DNA of 57,231 bases from Chromera velia (Eukaryota), in assembly GCA_018398765.1 (NCBI GenBank), contig JAHBMJ010000096.1, positions 1-57,231 of the forward strand. The letters run 5' to 3'. A program made the position numbers and the translations under genes. Of the stretch, positions 10,199 through 22,570 are shown piece after piece. Position 1 is the stretch's first letter, and each line of letters starts with the position of its first letter. The notes under the pieces were generated by a model. The model did no database searches, was not told the DNA's origin, and worked only from the letters and a program-made list of their open reading frames with translations.

Positions 10199-13046
10199 GA
10201 GACAAATGGGATAAGAAAATGGTTAAAAATTAACCATTTAGGTCTCAATTTTCATTTTTGGTACACCTCAGTTTCATGAAAAATATTTATCATACAAGTC
10301 TCAAAACTAGTGCACCTAACTCAATTTTAATAGTTTAATGTTATTACTAACTTTGAAGCTCTTAGAAAAAAATTTTTTCATACTTTTTACCATTTATTAT
10401 TTTTGGTAATTAAAAAAAAAAGAATTGGTACATAATTTTTTCCTATACAAAAAAAATGGTGAATCTATTTTCTTTTTTGTATGAATTGGTAATCATTTTT
10501 TTTTTTATGGGTTTAATTGTTCTTTAGGCTTCTAGTGAGTGGACAAATATAGAAATAGTAAAAAAAGATATATGTCACTAGAAAAAAACAGTATATCAAA
10601 CATATTTTTTAAGAAATTATAAGTATATATATAAGTAATAATTGAAATAAATATACTTTGATTTATACGTATTGTATGACGTTATCAAACAATCAATCAA
10701 CAGTGTTATATTGCACCTTTAAAGTATTCTTCTGCGGAAAGGCACAAAACATACAGTACAAATGAAGGAGGGGGTCCAGAGAGAAGCCAAATTTGTATAT
10801 ATGAAACTGTATAGTGATATTTGGGCCAATTGGTCCCGTCCTCCTTTCTATAAATACACAGATGCAGATGGTTTTGAACATGAATCTCCTTATCCTGGAT
10901 TTTATCTTCTGTGTAATTTGGTTCGAACTCTAAAGGAAGAGGAGGAGGAAGACGAGGAAGAGGAGGGAGGGGGAGAAGAGAAATAAGAGCAGAGGGAATG
11001 AAGTTAACGTTTCCTTGCATGCATGCTTCTATACAAAATCTGATGCCTTCTTGCATCTTGGTTGCAATGCACTTGTTCTTTTATGAAGCCCCTCTTTTCT
11101 GCCCTTCTCTTTGTTTGTTTCGGCTTCTGCATTCGTTCTTTTGTTAAGTCTCTCTTCTTTTTAAAGAGGCTTCTACTAATTCAGGAAGAGGAGGAGGAAG
11201 ACGAGGAAGAGGAATATACACTGCCATACAGGCATATTTTTTTCACGGAACTGATAAGTTATAATTTTATATATATATTTTTTTAAATTTTTGAAACACA
11301 CATCAGAAATGTTCTGATAACTATTGTCATGAGAAAAATGATCAGAAGAGAAGTAAGTCAGTGACTTAGTGAGGAACCCTAAGAGGTTAACTTCAAATCT
11401 TACCTCAAATATCAAATATTTGAGGTTGAAGCTCAAATCAAATCAAATCAAATATAATCAAATCAAACATGGTCACTAGCTTCACAAAAGAACGAGTGTA
11501 TTGCAACCAAGATGTAAGAAGACGTCAGATTTTGTACAGAAGGATATATATAAGGAAACGTTAACTTCATTCCCCCTGCTCTCATTCCCCTTTTTCCCCC
11601 TCCCACACTAGTCACTGAGACTCACTCTAGTACTAATAGAGATTAAGAACGTAAAATTGATAGATTTGAAATTGCATATGACTTTTTGTTGATACGATAA
11701 AGTTAGAGCACGTACCAAAATTGAGGTAATAATCACTCAGCTTTATGGCACTTCCTTTTCCTCTTCTTCATGATCACTTTCTTCAATGTGAATCGAATCG
11801 ATCGGTGGTGGGAGCTGCTGAGAACTTTTTCTCTGGCTTTTCGGCTTTTCAGGAGTGGGTACTCCTAGGCTTCTATTCGGTTGCGAAGAGATGACAACGG
11901 GGTAAGACGGAGAACCACGCACACGTTTGCTATTGCTGTTAGTGTTGGAACCGTCCTGTTTCTGGGTAGCTAAGCATCCAGAGTTGGTAAGTTCGGCTAC
12001 TTTCTATGCCGCACCAGGGCCGACAACAAGCCCCTTGTGTTGGAGGTGAATATAGAGAGGTTGGTAGCCTTCCTCACCCGGAGTGATGACTTTCTCAGGA
12101 GGGGGAAGTTTTCCCACAGCCTTCTCAGCATTTGCGTCTGCGGCCGCCTCCTTTAGTTTCAAATTGGTCCTCCTGCCAGGCCCTGCAGGAGCGTCCCCCC
12201 CTCCAGTACTGTCAGCAGCCCCCCCATTGCCTTTTCCCTTGCCTTTCTGGAACTGCTCCACACCGACAGGGAATGTGGTCGCAGCCTTTCGATGCTCGGG
12301 GTCAGGGGCATGCTGCAATCTCTTGTGGTTCACATCTAAAATATCCCAGTCATACAGCATGTCTCCGGTGGCGAATCGGTCAAAAGCATGCATGACAGAT
12401 CGGTACTTGTAAAATGTTTTTCGGGACCTTCATATTTGAGGTTGAAAGTCATATTGATCAAATATTTGATCGTATTTGATAGGTCTTTAAACACTAGGTC
12501 CTCCCTGACTGGATATTTGATTTGAGCTTAAGCCCTACCTTAAATCAAATCAAATCAAATCAAACATGGTCACTATGTGAAGCCTCTCTTTTCTGCCCTT
12601 CTCTTTATTTGTTTTGGCTTCTGCACTTGTTCTTTTATTAAGTTTCTCTTCTTTTTAAAGAGGCTTCTACTAATTCAAAGTGCCCGAAAGCGCTTGGCAC
12701 TTCTAGAATGCTTCAAACTCTTCTAGTTTTGATACAACAAAATTGAGACCTAAATGGTACGAAATGGTACTAAATGATATGAAAAATCATACTTTTTAAC
12801 TAAAAAAAAATATGTACCAATTCTTTTTTTTTCGATTACCAAAAATGGTAAATGGTAAAAAGTATGAAAAATCTTTTCTCTAAGAGCTTCAAAGTTAATG
12901 ATAATATTAAACTATTAAAATTAAGTTAGGCGCACTAGTTTTGAGACTTGTATGATAAATATTTTTTATGAAACTGAGGTGTACCAAAAATTAAAATTGA
13001 GACCTAAATAGTTAATTTTTAACCATTTTCTTGTCCTATTTGTCTC
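10199..13046. mobile_element. Non-autonomous DNA transposon with ~235-bp TIRs (GAG termini; Sola-like by inference)
   Basis: 10199-10434 (GAGACAAATGGGATAAGAAAATGGTTAAAAATTAAC...GAATTGGTACATA) is the near-perfect reverse complement of 12811-13046. Flanks are AATT and AATG, a possible imperfect 4-bp TSD. It interrupts the hAT transposase. Confidence 0.85.
11358..12575. mobile_element. Nested hAT-like non-autonomous element whose left end is inverted
   Basis: The end sequence AATCAAATCAAACATGGTCACTA occurs in the same orientation ending at 11478 and 12575. It is followed by GCTTCACA and TGTGAAGC respectively, which are reverse complements and form one 8-bp TSD. An empty-site copy (TATGAAGC) lies at 11082-11089. 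Confidence 0.8.
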
Positions 13047-14310
13047 AATGAAGCCGCTCAAGCGGACCACCGAACAGCGCAAGGAGGCACTGGAAGCCTC
13101 ACGATCTCTGTACAAGAACCCGATCTTTCTGCCTGGAACCACTTACATCGTTGAGCGTCTGTTCTCGGCCGCGAAGTTGATCCAGTCTGACAAGTGCACC
13201 TCTCTGGACCCTTCCACTTTTGAAGTGATTGCCTGTCTCAAGGTCAATAGGAGCTACAGGGATATTGAGGCAGTGGCCACAGCAATGAAGACCGAGATGC
13301 CTGAGCGTGTCGGTTCTGAACAGTTTCACCAACGTGCTTATTGGGAGAATAAAGAGGCGTCTCTCTATCGTTTTATGAAAATCAATTGAACTTGATGTCA
13401 AGGCTTAACTGCAACAGAGCCTGCCTTCATATTGTATTCATCTGCATCCATTGTTATGAAATTGTATGCCTTGATACGTTTCTTTGATTCATGAATGATA
13501 CTGAGTGGTGCACAAAAATGTTGTAGCATTTGTGTCTTCTCGTTTCTGCTATTGTATGATCGATTGCATGGATGTTTTCGTGGATATGGCTCTGTTTGCA
13601 TGTAGCATACTCACAAAATTGAAGTACTATACGCGCCAGCAGTAAGTTTTTACTGCTTATACGTACAGTTGCGGAATTTTCATGTTATGAACCGTACACG
13701 AAAGTGTATTCATATTGTTCATCATTCATATTGAATTCTAAGTTTATATTTTCTGTGTTAAAAAATAAAAATAGTTATTATTGAATATATTACAGGTATT
13801 AATACCAAGTAATAGCTTAGCAATAAGTTGTATAACTTAGTATAACTCCTTTCAAAGATTTTCAATTCATTTATATGAGTATTAAAATACTGTACATCAT
13901 ATTAAATATGTATAAAAAAACATAAAAATGTTATTAATAGTCCTTTAAACACCCTAGAGCACCTAGAAAAAATTAAATTTTTGTTTTATAGGCAATTATT
14001 GGCAATTAATTGCAACTATTGCAATAATTGTTTGTATCAAACTGGTCAAAGCAATTTATTTGCAATTTATTTGTTCAATGCGCTGCTTGCCGCCAAGTTC
14101 TAGTAGACCGAAGATTCTCTCCCAAAGCAGGTGGAGGGGGGTTTATAGGAGAGATTGAGGAAGCTGTTGCTGAAAAATCTCGTCTATATCCTAAACGTCA
14201 TGCGGTGCTTCCCGTGGGGGTTGGCGGACAAAAAGGAGGGGGATGGAAGAGGGTTGTTCGTCTTTTGTAAGAAAGTGGGAATAGTGGGGCAAGAATTAAG
14301 TGTACGAGTG

Positions 14311-14879
14311 CACTCTAATGAATTGGGAGTTGAATTGGGCGTCGAATTGGTAGTACTGCCAATTTTTTATCGCCAGTAACTCCCAATTTTGAAAAATTGC
14401 TACCTAGTCTAGTGAAAGAAGTACATGGAGTTTGAAGCTAAAATTTTGTGTACGGGCTAGACAGCTAGGCTAGACAGGGGCTCACGAGTCTCTAGCCACA
14501 GTCATTAGACTCTAATTCATTACTAGAAACAAATTCTATGAACACTTAGAGTCACCTAAAAATTGGGAGTTACCAATTTTTTTCTAGGATTTTCTTAAAA
14601 ATTGGTACTTAGTCCTAGAAAAAAATTGGTAACTCCCAATTTTTAGGTGACTCTAAGTGTTCATAGAATTTGTTTCTAGTAATGAATTAGAGTCTAATGA
14701 CTGTGGCTAGAGACTAGTGAGCCCCTGTCTAGCCCGTACACAAAATTTTAGCTTCAAACTCCATGTACTTCTTTCACTACTAGACTAGGTACCAATTTTT
14801 CAAAATTGGGAGTTACTGACGGTAAAAAATTGGTAGTACTACCAATTCGACGCCCAATTCAACTCCCAATTCATTAGGG
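14311..14879. mobile_element. Fold-back (palindromic) element/MITE with ~270-bp arms
   Basis: CTAATGAATTGGGAGTTGAATTGGGCGTCG...AATTTTTTTCTAGGA mirrors TCCTAGAAAAAAATT...CGACGCCCAATTCAACTCCCAATTCATTAG around a short spacer near 14590-14612. Confidence 0.85.
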
Positions 14880-15322
14880 AAGTTGGTTACTCCTAACAGC
14901 ACAGTGTATTCGTTGGAAACAAAGATGTGATCAGATTGTGATGAGAGATAATTAGCTTTAATTTAATAGCTTGCTAGGATTCGATGTATACAATCACTTT
15001 CAAGTTTATCTAACGATCGATATGCATTACATACATTTAACAGTTCCTTCCGTTAATTGCCTACATTAATTACTAGTGACTTGGAATGGAAATGTATGTA
15101 GGACCCGGCCTAGCTACAATGAGATCGCTGCTGCATGTATAGGCATACTGACATATATGTATCTATGAGCTAATTAAGTTATTTTCTAGCTGGACCATGT
15201 TTCCTACAGCAACTTGAAAGGAAAATTCTCAGTATTTTAACTTCTTTGCAAAAATTCTAATCGATTGCTCTCAGTTTGGACTGTAAGACCCGTAGTATAG
15301 CATAGCATAGTCTATGGGCTAA

Positions 15323-15580
15323 AAGTTGGGGTAGAATAGTCGGAATAGTAAGAATAGTCCACTATTCCTACTATTCCACTAGCAAAAACCCACTATTCCC
15401 ACTATTCCACTAGTAAAAACCCACTATTCCCACTATTTTTCTAGTGAAAATCCACTATTCCCACTATTGTTCTAGTACAAATCCACTATTCCCACTATTC
15501 TATTAGTCAAACCTCACTGTTCTAACTATTCCAGTTGAGAATAGTCAAAATAGTAGACTATTCACTATTCCAACTATTCC
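15323..15580. repeat. Left subterminal repeat array (ACTATTCC / GGAATAGT)
   Basis: More than 15 copies of actattc/gaatagt read directly. Confidence 0.9.
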
Positions 15581-15699
15581 GAGGTTACTTCATAAATCAT
15601 ATAGCATCGAAGTCAATCAGTCCACTGGCACATCATGCAAATAGATCAACTCAACGCCGGCGTTGAATACCAGGTTTATCAAGTGATGTACCAATGGAC

Positions 15700-18600
15700 C
15701 TAGAAACGATATTCAACGGTATCGCGCTGGGGCTCTTCACGCCTTTGCGACTCCTTCCAGTTATAAATCACATCTGGCATCAATAGAATTCGATCAACAA
15801 CGTGATGGGCAAAGATCACTTGGGATTTACGATTGTAAAAAACATACTTTGCATGAAGATTCTCGCTATATGAAGGATAAGCATTATCTTCTGCTTCCTC
15901 CAATTCCTCAACCAAAATAAGCTTTTCGGACAACACATTTGTCCACCTCTGGCGCAACGCAGGAGGGGTAGAGTCACGCAGATTTAAGGAAAAAAACAAA
16001 GATGCAACGCCAAAACAGACCTTCTTCTCGGCCTCGAAGTCGTCTGTAGACATTTGAATATCTGCAGAGTGAGGAGGATTATACTCACCGTCCCTCCACT
16101 GCGCACGGACAGGAGAAAAAGCACGAAAGTTCCCATGCTCATGTGGAGGAGAGCTTGCCACCCGTCTATCCCCCCCCTGCGGCCATGCATGCACAATAAA
16201 AAGGGAAGAGTCCTCCACATTAAACTGCTCAGACTCGTCACGGAAGTCACTCTCCTGCAGCATGAGCTTTCTAAATTTTTTGACAGAGGAAATATACATT
16301 CTTTTATAAACAGAGACTTCTCCATGCTGAAAAAGCACATCACGAATCGAATTCTGTTTCTCAGTCGCTACACCAGGCACGTTGCGGTCGTCATCATACA
16401 AATGTACATGCATGTACAAAAGCTGAACAAGCTTATTTAACAGACGACTGGAGAAGCGGATCTCAATCAATTCGTCTCCATTCTACACCTCTGAAAGTTT
16501 CACAGTTCTGACAAAACTATCAAACTTCTTCTGGAGTTTCTCACGAAACCTTGTCACTTGTTTCTCCTCTTCCACCCTTCTCTCTTCCTCAAAAACTGCT
16601 GCAATTCTCTCCATTTCTTCAAGATGAAGAGTCAGTGACCGCAAAAAAAAACGGCGTGTAATGCACGACAGAAGGGCATTTACTGCTTTGTGCGCTCTTT
16701 CAAAAGGCTCAGTGGAAGTTCCAATCAAAGACCCGTGTTCTATGATTTGCCCGATTGAATGCTCAGAAATTTCATGTGTTTTCATGAAATTTGAGCATTC
16801 CCGCCCACATCCCTCCAACACCCCAACAAACTTCTTGATTGTTTCACAAATCAAAGTGCCAAGAGTATCATTTGCCACATTTTCATCTGATCCAGCAGCT
16901 CCACGGAGCAACATTCTTAACCCCCAGAACTCTTGGCGAAGAAGACAGCCAACATACGCAACGTTAGCGAACAAGTCGATCAACTTTGGGTCAACGCCGT
17001 TGCAAGCAAAGGCAAAAGGAAGCACCTGCAATGCATATCGAAACTGGGTGCCTGTCATTTTGGGGACTTTCAAGAACCCGCTCGATGAGAGATGCGCCAT
17101 CTGAGAGGGAAGCACAAGCTCTTTGCAGTAAGCTTCACACGCTACTAGTTGTGCCTTTGTGCCAAAGCGAGATTCATTGTCTTCATAAAAAAAGTGCGTC
17201 GACAACATGTCAACACATCTTTTTGCAACCCCGAGGTCCCAGTTGTGCAAAAGACAAAAGGGAAAACATGAAGGCTGAAAGAAACGAAGAGAGAAAAAGG
17301 GGTTGGGCTTGTCGTAGTGGTGCATCGAGAACAGCTTCCGCTTTGCAGCATACTCATTTTGCTCCCGTCTCTTCTGTTTTTTCTTTTCTGCTTGAAGGAC
17401 GGCAAGTCCTTTCTGCATTTGCTTCTTTGTTTTTCTGGGAAAACGACCCCATGGCGACGTTCCTTTCCCAAATTTTTTGAGTTGAGACCCCCTCACCCAA
17501 CAAAACCGATAAGGAGATTCGAGTAGTGCGCTTGCTTTTTCAAACACTCTTGCCGTAAACTGCGCAAACGGTCGGTCAGACAAGTAAAGGTGAAAAAAAA
17601 AATGCAGCTTCCATTCGCGGCTCGATCCACGTTCCCCCACACCGGTGGACTGCGCATGAATCACCAGTTTGAAAGCTGGAGTCGGATGCTTCTTCTCCGC
17701 CTTCGAAATGCTACCCAGAATGACCCTCAAACAATCCATCTTCATCTTTCGGAGTGCCGCAGTCTGCAATGCACGAAGGGAAGCAGAGAGAAAACGAGTG
17801 CCACTGGAATCCAGTATAAAGGGATGGTGAGGTGCATGTGAGGGAGACAGGTGAAGCAAAGAAGAAATGGGGGAGTAGAAAAGGGGGAGGAATGAAAAAG
17901 AAAGGCAGTGCGGGAAATCGGGAATGAACGAGAATGAAATGAGTGGAAGGAGCAAGAAAGACTTCTTACCTGCTTTTCAGTCGCATCTTGGTTGCTGAAT
18001 AATTTCCACCTGGGAAGAAACCCCACAAGCATCTTTCCTTCATTCGACTTAATAGTTTTTCAGGTGGTCAAAGTGAGGAAAAGGTAGACGGGTGTGATGA
18101 AGGTTGCTGTAGTATCAGCCGAAAGGCTAATTCCAATCACACCGTGCTCCTCTGCATCAAGCCCTGCCCCTTCAATCAACTCAGCATACGCATCCCTAAA
18201 GTACTTGCCGGTGCAGAAGTGGGGGCCCACTTTCCTTCCCATTCCAACGGGGCCTCCCTCTGTTAACTGCTTTTTGAGATGAATGGTACGCTTTTGGCCG
18301 GCTAGCTGTGTGAGCAAACGCTTTGCAACCACTATCGGGTCACGATAGAAGAAATGGAAATTCGCTGGCGGAACACTAGGATGAGCCCCGTCTGGAATGC
18401 TTGGATCGGAAAATACTTTCCGTTCGAACTTTGGAAAGCTTGGCAACCTCTGTTCCTCCTCCCACATACCATACTGCGACAAAAATCTTTGCCGCAAATA
18501 TTTGATTGTCGAAGGGGACTCTCCCCGAGGGAGAGTTGCTGGGTCAAAAGAGGGGTGCTTCATTGCTTTCAGAAAGATAGAACCCTTCCGGTTGTTTGTT

Positions 18601-19016
18601 TGGGTTAATGTGAGCGTATGAAGGAAAATGAGCTCGGAAGCAGAAAGCTTCTCTGCAGTGTTCAGGAGGGACTCAGTGCTCTCTGGTTCGGCCAGAATGA
18701 AATCCTCGCCTGCGAATGGCGCTGCCTCTCCCTCCTCTTCACCTTCAACAACTGCCTCCATCTCTCCCTCTTCGCCTACATCAATTGCCTCCACCTCTCC
18801 CTGAAAAGCTTGTTCTCCGGCCAATCCAGCCTGTGCTTCCATATGGCTCCTTCGAGGTGAATCTCTGTGAGAAAAAGCTTCGAGACGCTCTACTTTTCCG
18901 ACTGGGATTCGGGGGTGGTCTCTTGTGTGCGCAAAGTGTTTGTACTTAGTGGCAACATCATCCTTCAAGACTTTTTAGCATATTGCACATCTCCAACCCA
19001 GTTTCCGCTTCACCAT
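15700..19016 (-). pseudogene. Plavaka transposase with N-terminal C2H2 zinc finger
   Basis: ATG at 19016: MVKRKLGWRCAIC*KVLKDDVATKYKHFAHTRDH (C2H2). Then FYRDPIVVAKRLL, HFCTGKYF, GISLSADTT..PVYLFLTL and LVGFLP; phase-0 intron 17969-17764; then YLSDRPF, PFCLLHNWDLGV, KMTGTQFR and NFMKTHEISEH...HGSLIGTSTEPFERAHK. These match Plavaka YRDP/IILSSDKT/YIADYPE/PDILHQ/NFPKLH..STE..ERLH. In-frame stops at 18975-77, 18060-62 and 16483-85. Confidence 0.85.
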
Positions 19017-19552
19017 ACTGCTAGAATGAGAGAAAGGATGTGAAGATTGGGCAAGATCGGGCTATGGGGAAAAGATTGCGTTTATGAGAATATCCTTGCC
19101 CACTGTGTCTCAAAGTTTCCACCGCTTGGTTTATTTGCTTAACTTTCTTATCACAGAAGCGCCTTGGACGTTGTGAATCCTCTTCTCACACATCTGGTTG
19201 CTGCAAGAGATCCACCTCTTCTGGAAGCGGCTAGGGAGACGGTGGGAGACGGCTCAGTCGGCCAGGACTGATTAATATAAGCATGCCGCGGCCATGCTGG
19301 GGCCTCCATGCATGCATGCATGCCGTCTTGCTTTTGAAACAAAATTTCGACCGCTGCCTCGGCTTCTGTGATGGCGACTCGGGAAGTGAAGCACTGTGAA
19401 GGTTCTTGTTTGAACAAAATAGGGACAGCGATAATTTTTTTTTGCTCAAAAGGGTCACAAAAGCATACAGAGACTTGTTTGTACTGGATTGGGAGTTCTG
19501 CTTTTGTCACTTCTTTGACTTTCAGGTGTCAGTGTTGTGGGTTTTTCTCTCA

Positions 19553-22190
19553 ATGGGTGACAAAAAGAAGGGCAAGGGCTGCCGTGGGCGCCCCCCAAAA
19601 GAAAAGGCCGAGTCAAAGGCTGAGAAGAAGCCCAAAAATGCAAAGAAGGGTGCAGGTGAGGAAGATGATGAGGAGATGGATACTCCTGGAGCACTCAAAG
19701 CATTGAAAGGTTAGTGACGGATTTGGATACACTCGCGTCTTTCTACAAAAATTCATTGTTGCAGTCTCTCCTGGTCTCTCCACAATTTTTCCACTGTGTA
19801 CAGCAAGTGATCTTTGCTTATTGCTGTTCATGGCTTGCTTCCTACAGGTGTGAAAACTCTGAAGGACGATGACGAGGATGACGAAGAGTCTTTCGAAGAA
19901 GACGACATCCCCAGAGGCAGAGGGAACGGGAAGATGAGACTCAAAAAGTGTCCCCCCGAGTCCGAGTCAGAAGATGAGGAGGATGAAAAAGAGGAAGAAC
20001 CTGTTAGAAGAAGGAGAAAGAGTGCCAAGACAGGCGAAAAAAAAAAGGGGGAAAAAGAGGAAGAAGAGGGCAGAGATAAAGAAAAAAAAGGAAAGGAAGA
20101 GGGCTAGGGAAGAAGAGAGGAAGGAAAGGAAGGAAAAGAAAGAAAAAGAGGAGGGAGGGAACAAAGAGAAGACCTCACAGGAAGAGAAGAGGGAAAAGGG
20201 AGACGCTGCCAGTAGCAGCCAGGAGAAAGAAACAGAAAAAGAGAAGAAGGCGGAGAGTGATGGGGAGGAGACGCTTGATGAATGGGCCTCCCTTGTAGGG
20301 AACACAGGGTTCGAGCGTAAGCTCGTGAAAGCATTCCGCGTCTTCGCCGCCAAGTACGACAAACGCCTCAAGGCACTCGAGGACGGTGTTGAGAAAGGAA
20401 GGAAGAAAGGGAAGGCAGGAGACGGGGAACAGAAGGAAAACGAAACAGATGCCTCGATTGATAAAGTTCCTCTGGACAGGCTTCGCCTTTTGGTGGGGTT
20501 TATCAATCGGTCCGTCTCGCTTCCACTCTTTGTCCTCACTTGATTGTAGACTCGGTTCTCTCCTCTTGCTTTCTCCTTTTATTTTTTTTCTATCTCCTCC
20601 GGTCTTCTGTCCATTTCTGTCCGCTTTTTTTTTTCGTTTGACAATGTTTCTCCTTTTCGCTCCCTTCACTCCTTCCTCCGAGTCACCCTCTTTATTTCTC
20701 ATCCCCTTTTCCTCTTTTGATGCTGCAGCATTAATCTGGGGGATATGACGCAGGAGGATCCGTCTTATCCGTAGTACTGGGCTGTCATGATCTGCGGCCT
20801 CCAAAGCTTTGACACGGTGGACAAAACCCCAGATGAGCTGTATGAACGTTTCTGGCTGAGGGCAGGAGATCTCTACTCGAAGGCAGTTGGGGGGACGGGG
20901 TGGTTAAAGGGCTCAAATGTTGCAGCGCAGCGCATGAGCCCCTACAAGAACCTGACCTTTGACCTCCTTGGTGTTCCACCTGCACATCTGGGCAGGGTGA
21001 AAGGCAGTGGGCAGATCAAGTGGGAGGTGACACAGGCAATGGGTATAAAGAACCCAAAGATCTTCACCCCTTTGTGCAACCACCCCGCCCTTGCACAGGA
21101 AAGGACGAAGAGTCTTTTGGCCCCCGCTGATGCACAGGTACTAGTTGTTTCTTTTTCTTCTCTTTTCCCCTCATTTTCGTTTCTTCTCCTCAACTTTCAG
21201 GCTCTTTGAAGCTGTGTTCTTTCTCGTTCTTTCTGTGAGAGACTGAGCGCGTTTACTTTCATTGTTTCTCTTGAATCTGAGACTCCCCCATTGTATTTTT
21301 TTTTATTTTGTCCAGAATTGTCTTTAATATACAAATGTTCACGTGTTTTTGTCTTGCAGAAAGTACAGACACTGCAGGGTGGGGGTCGACTGCCCCGCGA
21401 TTTTGATGAAGGAGAGGGAGCACCCATGGAGTTTTTCACTTTTGTATTTCTCCAGAACCCCTCTCTTCTTGAGCTCTCTACCCTTTGCTCTGTAGTAGCG
21501 CTCGCCCCCGCCCTTCGACCTGTCTTCGCAACTGACAGAAAAGATGCAGCAGAAGTGTTTGTTGGGGAAGCTGCTGCAGAGACCCAAAAGAAAAAAGGGA
21601 CATGGTATTCGAAAAAGGGGGACTCTGCAGGGTTTGTGTGGGCCAGGCCCACTAAGGGTGAGGCATCAGGAGAATTCACACTCACAGCAGCAGACGTCTT
21701 CGACCTTGTCTTCCCGTACACGACCTTGCAAGAGCTCGCTTTTTTTCTTGCTATGTTTGAATTCATCGCAAACAAGAACAAAACCTTTTCCCCCTCTGCA
21801 GTTCGCCGCCGGACAAAGGCATATATCCCCATTGTTGAGTTTTATTATGCTAATGGGGCAGAGATCACGAGCAGGGGTCTGCAGACCTACAGTTTGAAAA
21901 CAAAGATGCTGAGGGAGGAGGTGCAGAAACAGATCCGACAGATGCGAACCGAAAAAAAAATTGATCCGAGAATTGCATCCCCTTTTGCAGACACGAGAGA
22001 CTTCACTCTCGACTGTCTTGGTCGTTGCGGAGTTGTTCTTCCTAGTGTCCCCTCTCTTGTGAAGAGTGGAAGTGGGGGAAACCAGAACGAAGAGGGGGGG
22101 GACATTGACGGCGTGGAGGGTGCAGGAGAGGGCAACTCCGAGGTAGATGGGTCTTCTGACGGGGAGGCAACGCTGGAGGCGGATCTTTAA
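19553..22190 (+). pseudogene. Second (accessory) gene of the Plavaka element: AT-hook, Lys/Glu-rich region and unknown C-terminal domain
   Basis: MGDKKKGKGCRGRPPKEK (AT-hook-like). GT-AG introns at 19710-19847, ~20510-20728 and 21138-21359 join ORFs 19406, 19814/19974, 20787 and 21291. One frameshift near the A-run at ~20040 and one TAG near 20772. Confidence 0.7.
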
Positions 22191-22299
22191 GTGGTGCCAG
22201 TATTCACGGTTTGGGGAGGGACAGTTCCGAATCCAACTTTGAAGTCTCTTCATCATCACTCGGATGTCTCCTCTGGGTCGAATCTTTTGTTGACTGTAT

Positions 22300-22570
22300 T
22301 TTGAATAGTGAGAATAATCACCTTCGTTTTGGCAGGAATAGTGAGAATAGTCCGGAATAGTCACCTTCGTTTTGGCAGGAATAGTGAGAATAGTCACTAA
22401 AACGTCGGCAGGAATAGTGAAAATAGTCATTATTTTCAAATAAGGTTAATAAATGTCAGAATAGTAGGAATAGTCTAGTATTTTTTATAATTGGAATAGT
22501 GAATAGTCACTATTCCCACTATTGACTATTAGGGGATAGAAATAGTGGACTATTCCACTATTCCACTATA
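22300..22570. repeat. Right subterminal repeat array (GGAATAGT / ACTATTCC)
   Basis: Repeated gaatagtgagaatagtc...actattcc units, mirroring the left array. Confidence 0.9.

Larger units (their letters stand above)
8767..13389 (+). pseudogene. hAT-type DDE transposase (split by insertions, stops and frameshifts)
   Basis: LLMDG..THYLGVF (first Asp), NNTALNK, GCNLHRLNLAV (CxxH motif) and SNAPRW. Intron 9763-9851 (GT..AG). The C-terminal LPGTTYIVERLFSAAKL...SLDPSTFE (catalytic Glu/dimerisation motif) lies at 13048-13389. Confidence 0.85.
8671..14085 (+). mobile_element. hAT-superfamily DNA transposon, 5'-truncated, with nested insertions
   Basis: Contains the transposase remnant listed below. 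The candidate right end ...GCAATTTATTTGTTCAATGCGCTG (14085) reverse-complements to a CAG terminus with TTGCAA subterminal repeats. No matching left TIR was found, so the boundaries are approximate. Confidence 0.65.

Noticed and set aside
1300..18062. In-frame TGA stops (SBNO 1300, Plavaka 18060) as evidence for a UGA=Trp or readthrough code
   Set aside because: The same pseudogenes also contain TAG/TAA stops and frameshifts, and the intact genes use TGG for Trp; ordinary decay explains them.
19967..22439. Long antisense ORFs over the Plavaka accessory gene (and similar shadows over the channel, gag and giant genes)
   Set aside because: Shadow frames of low-complexity coding sequence on the opposite strand.
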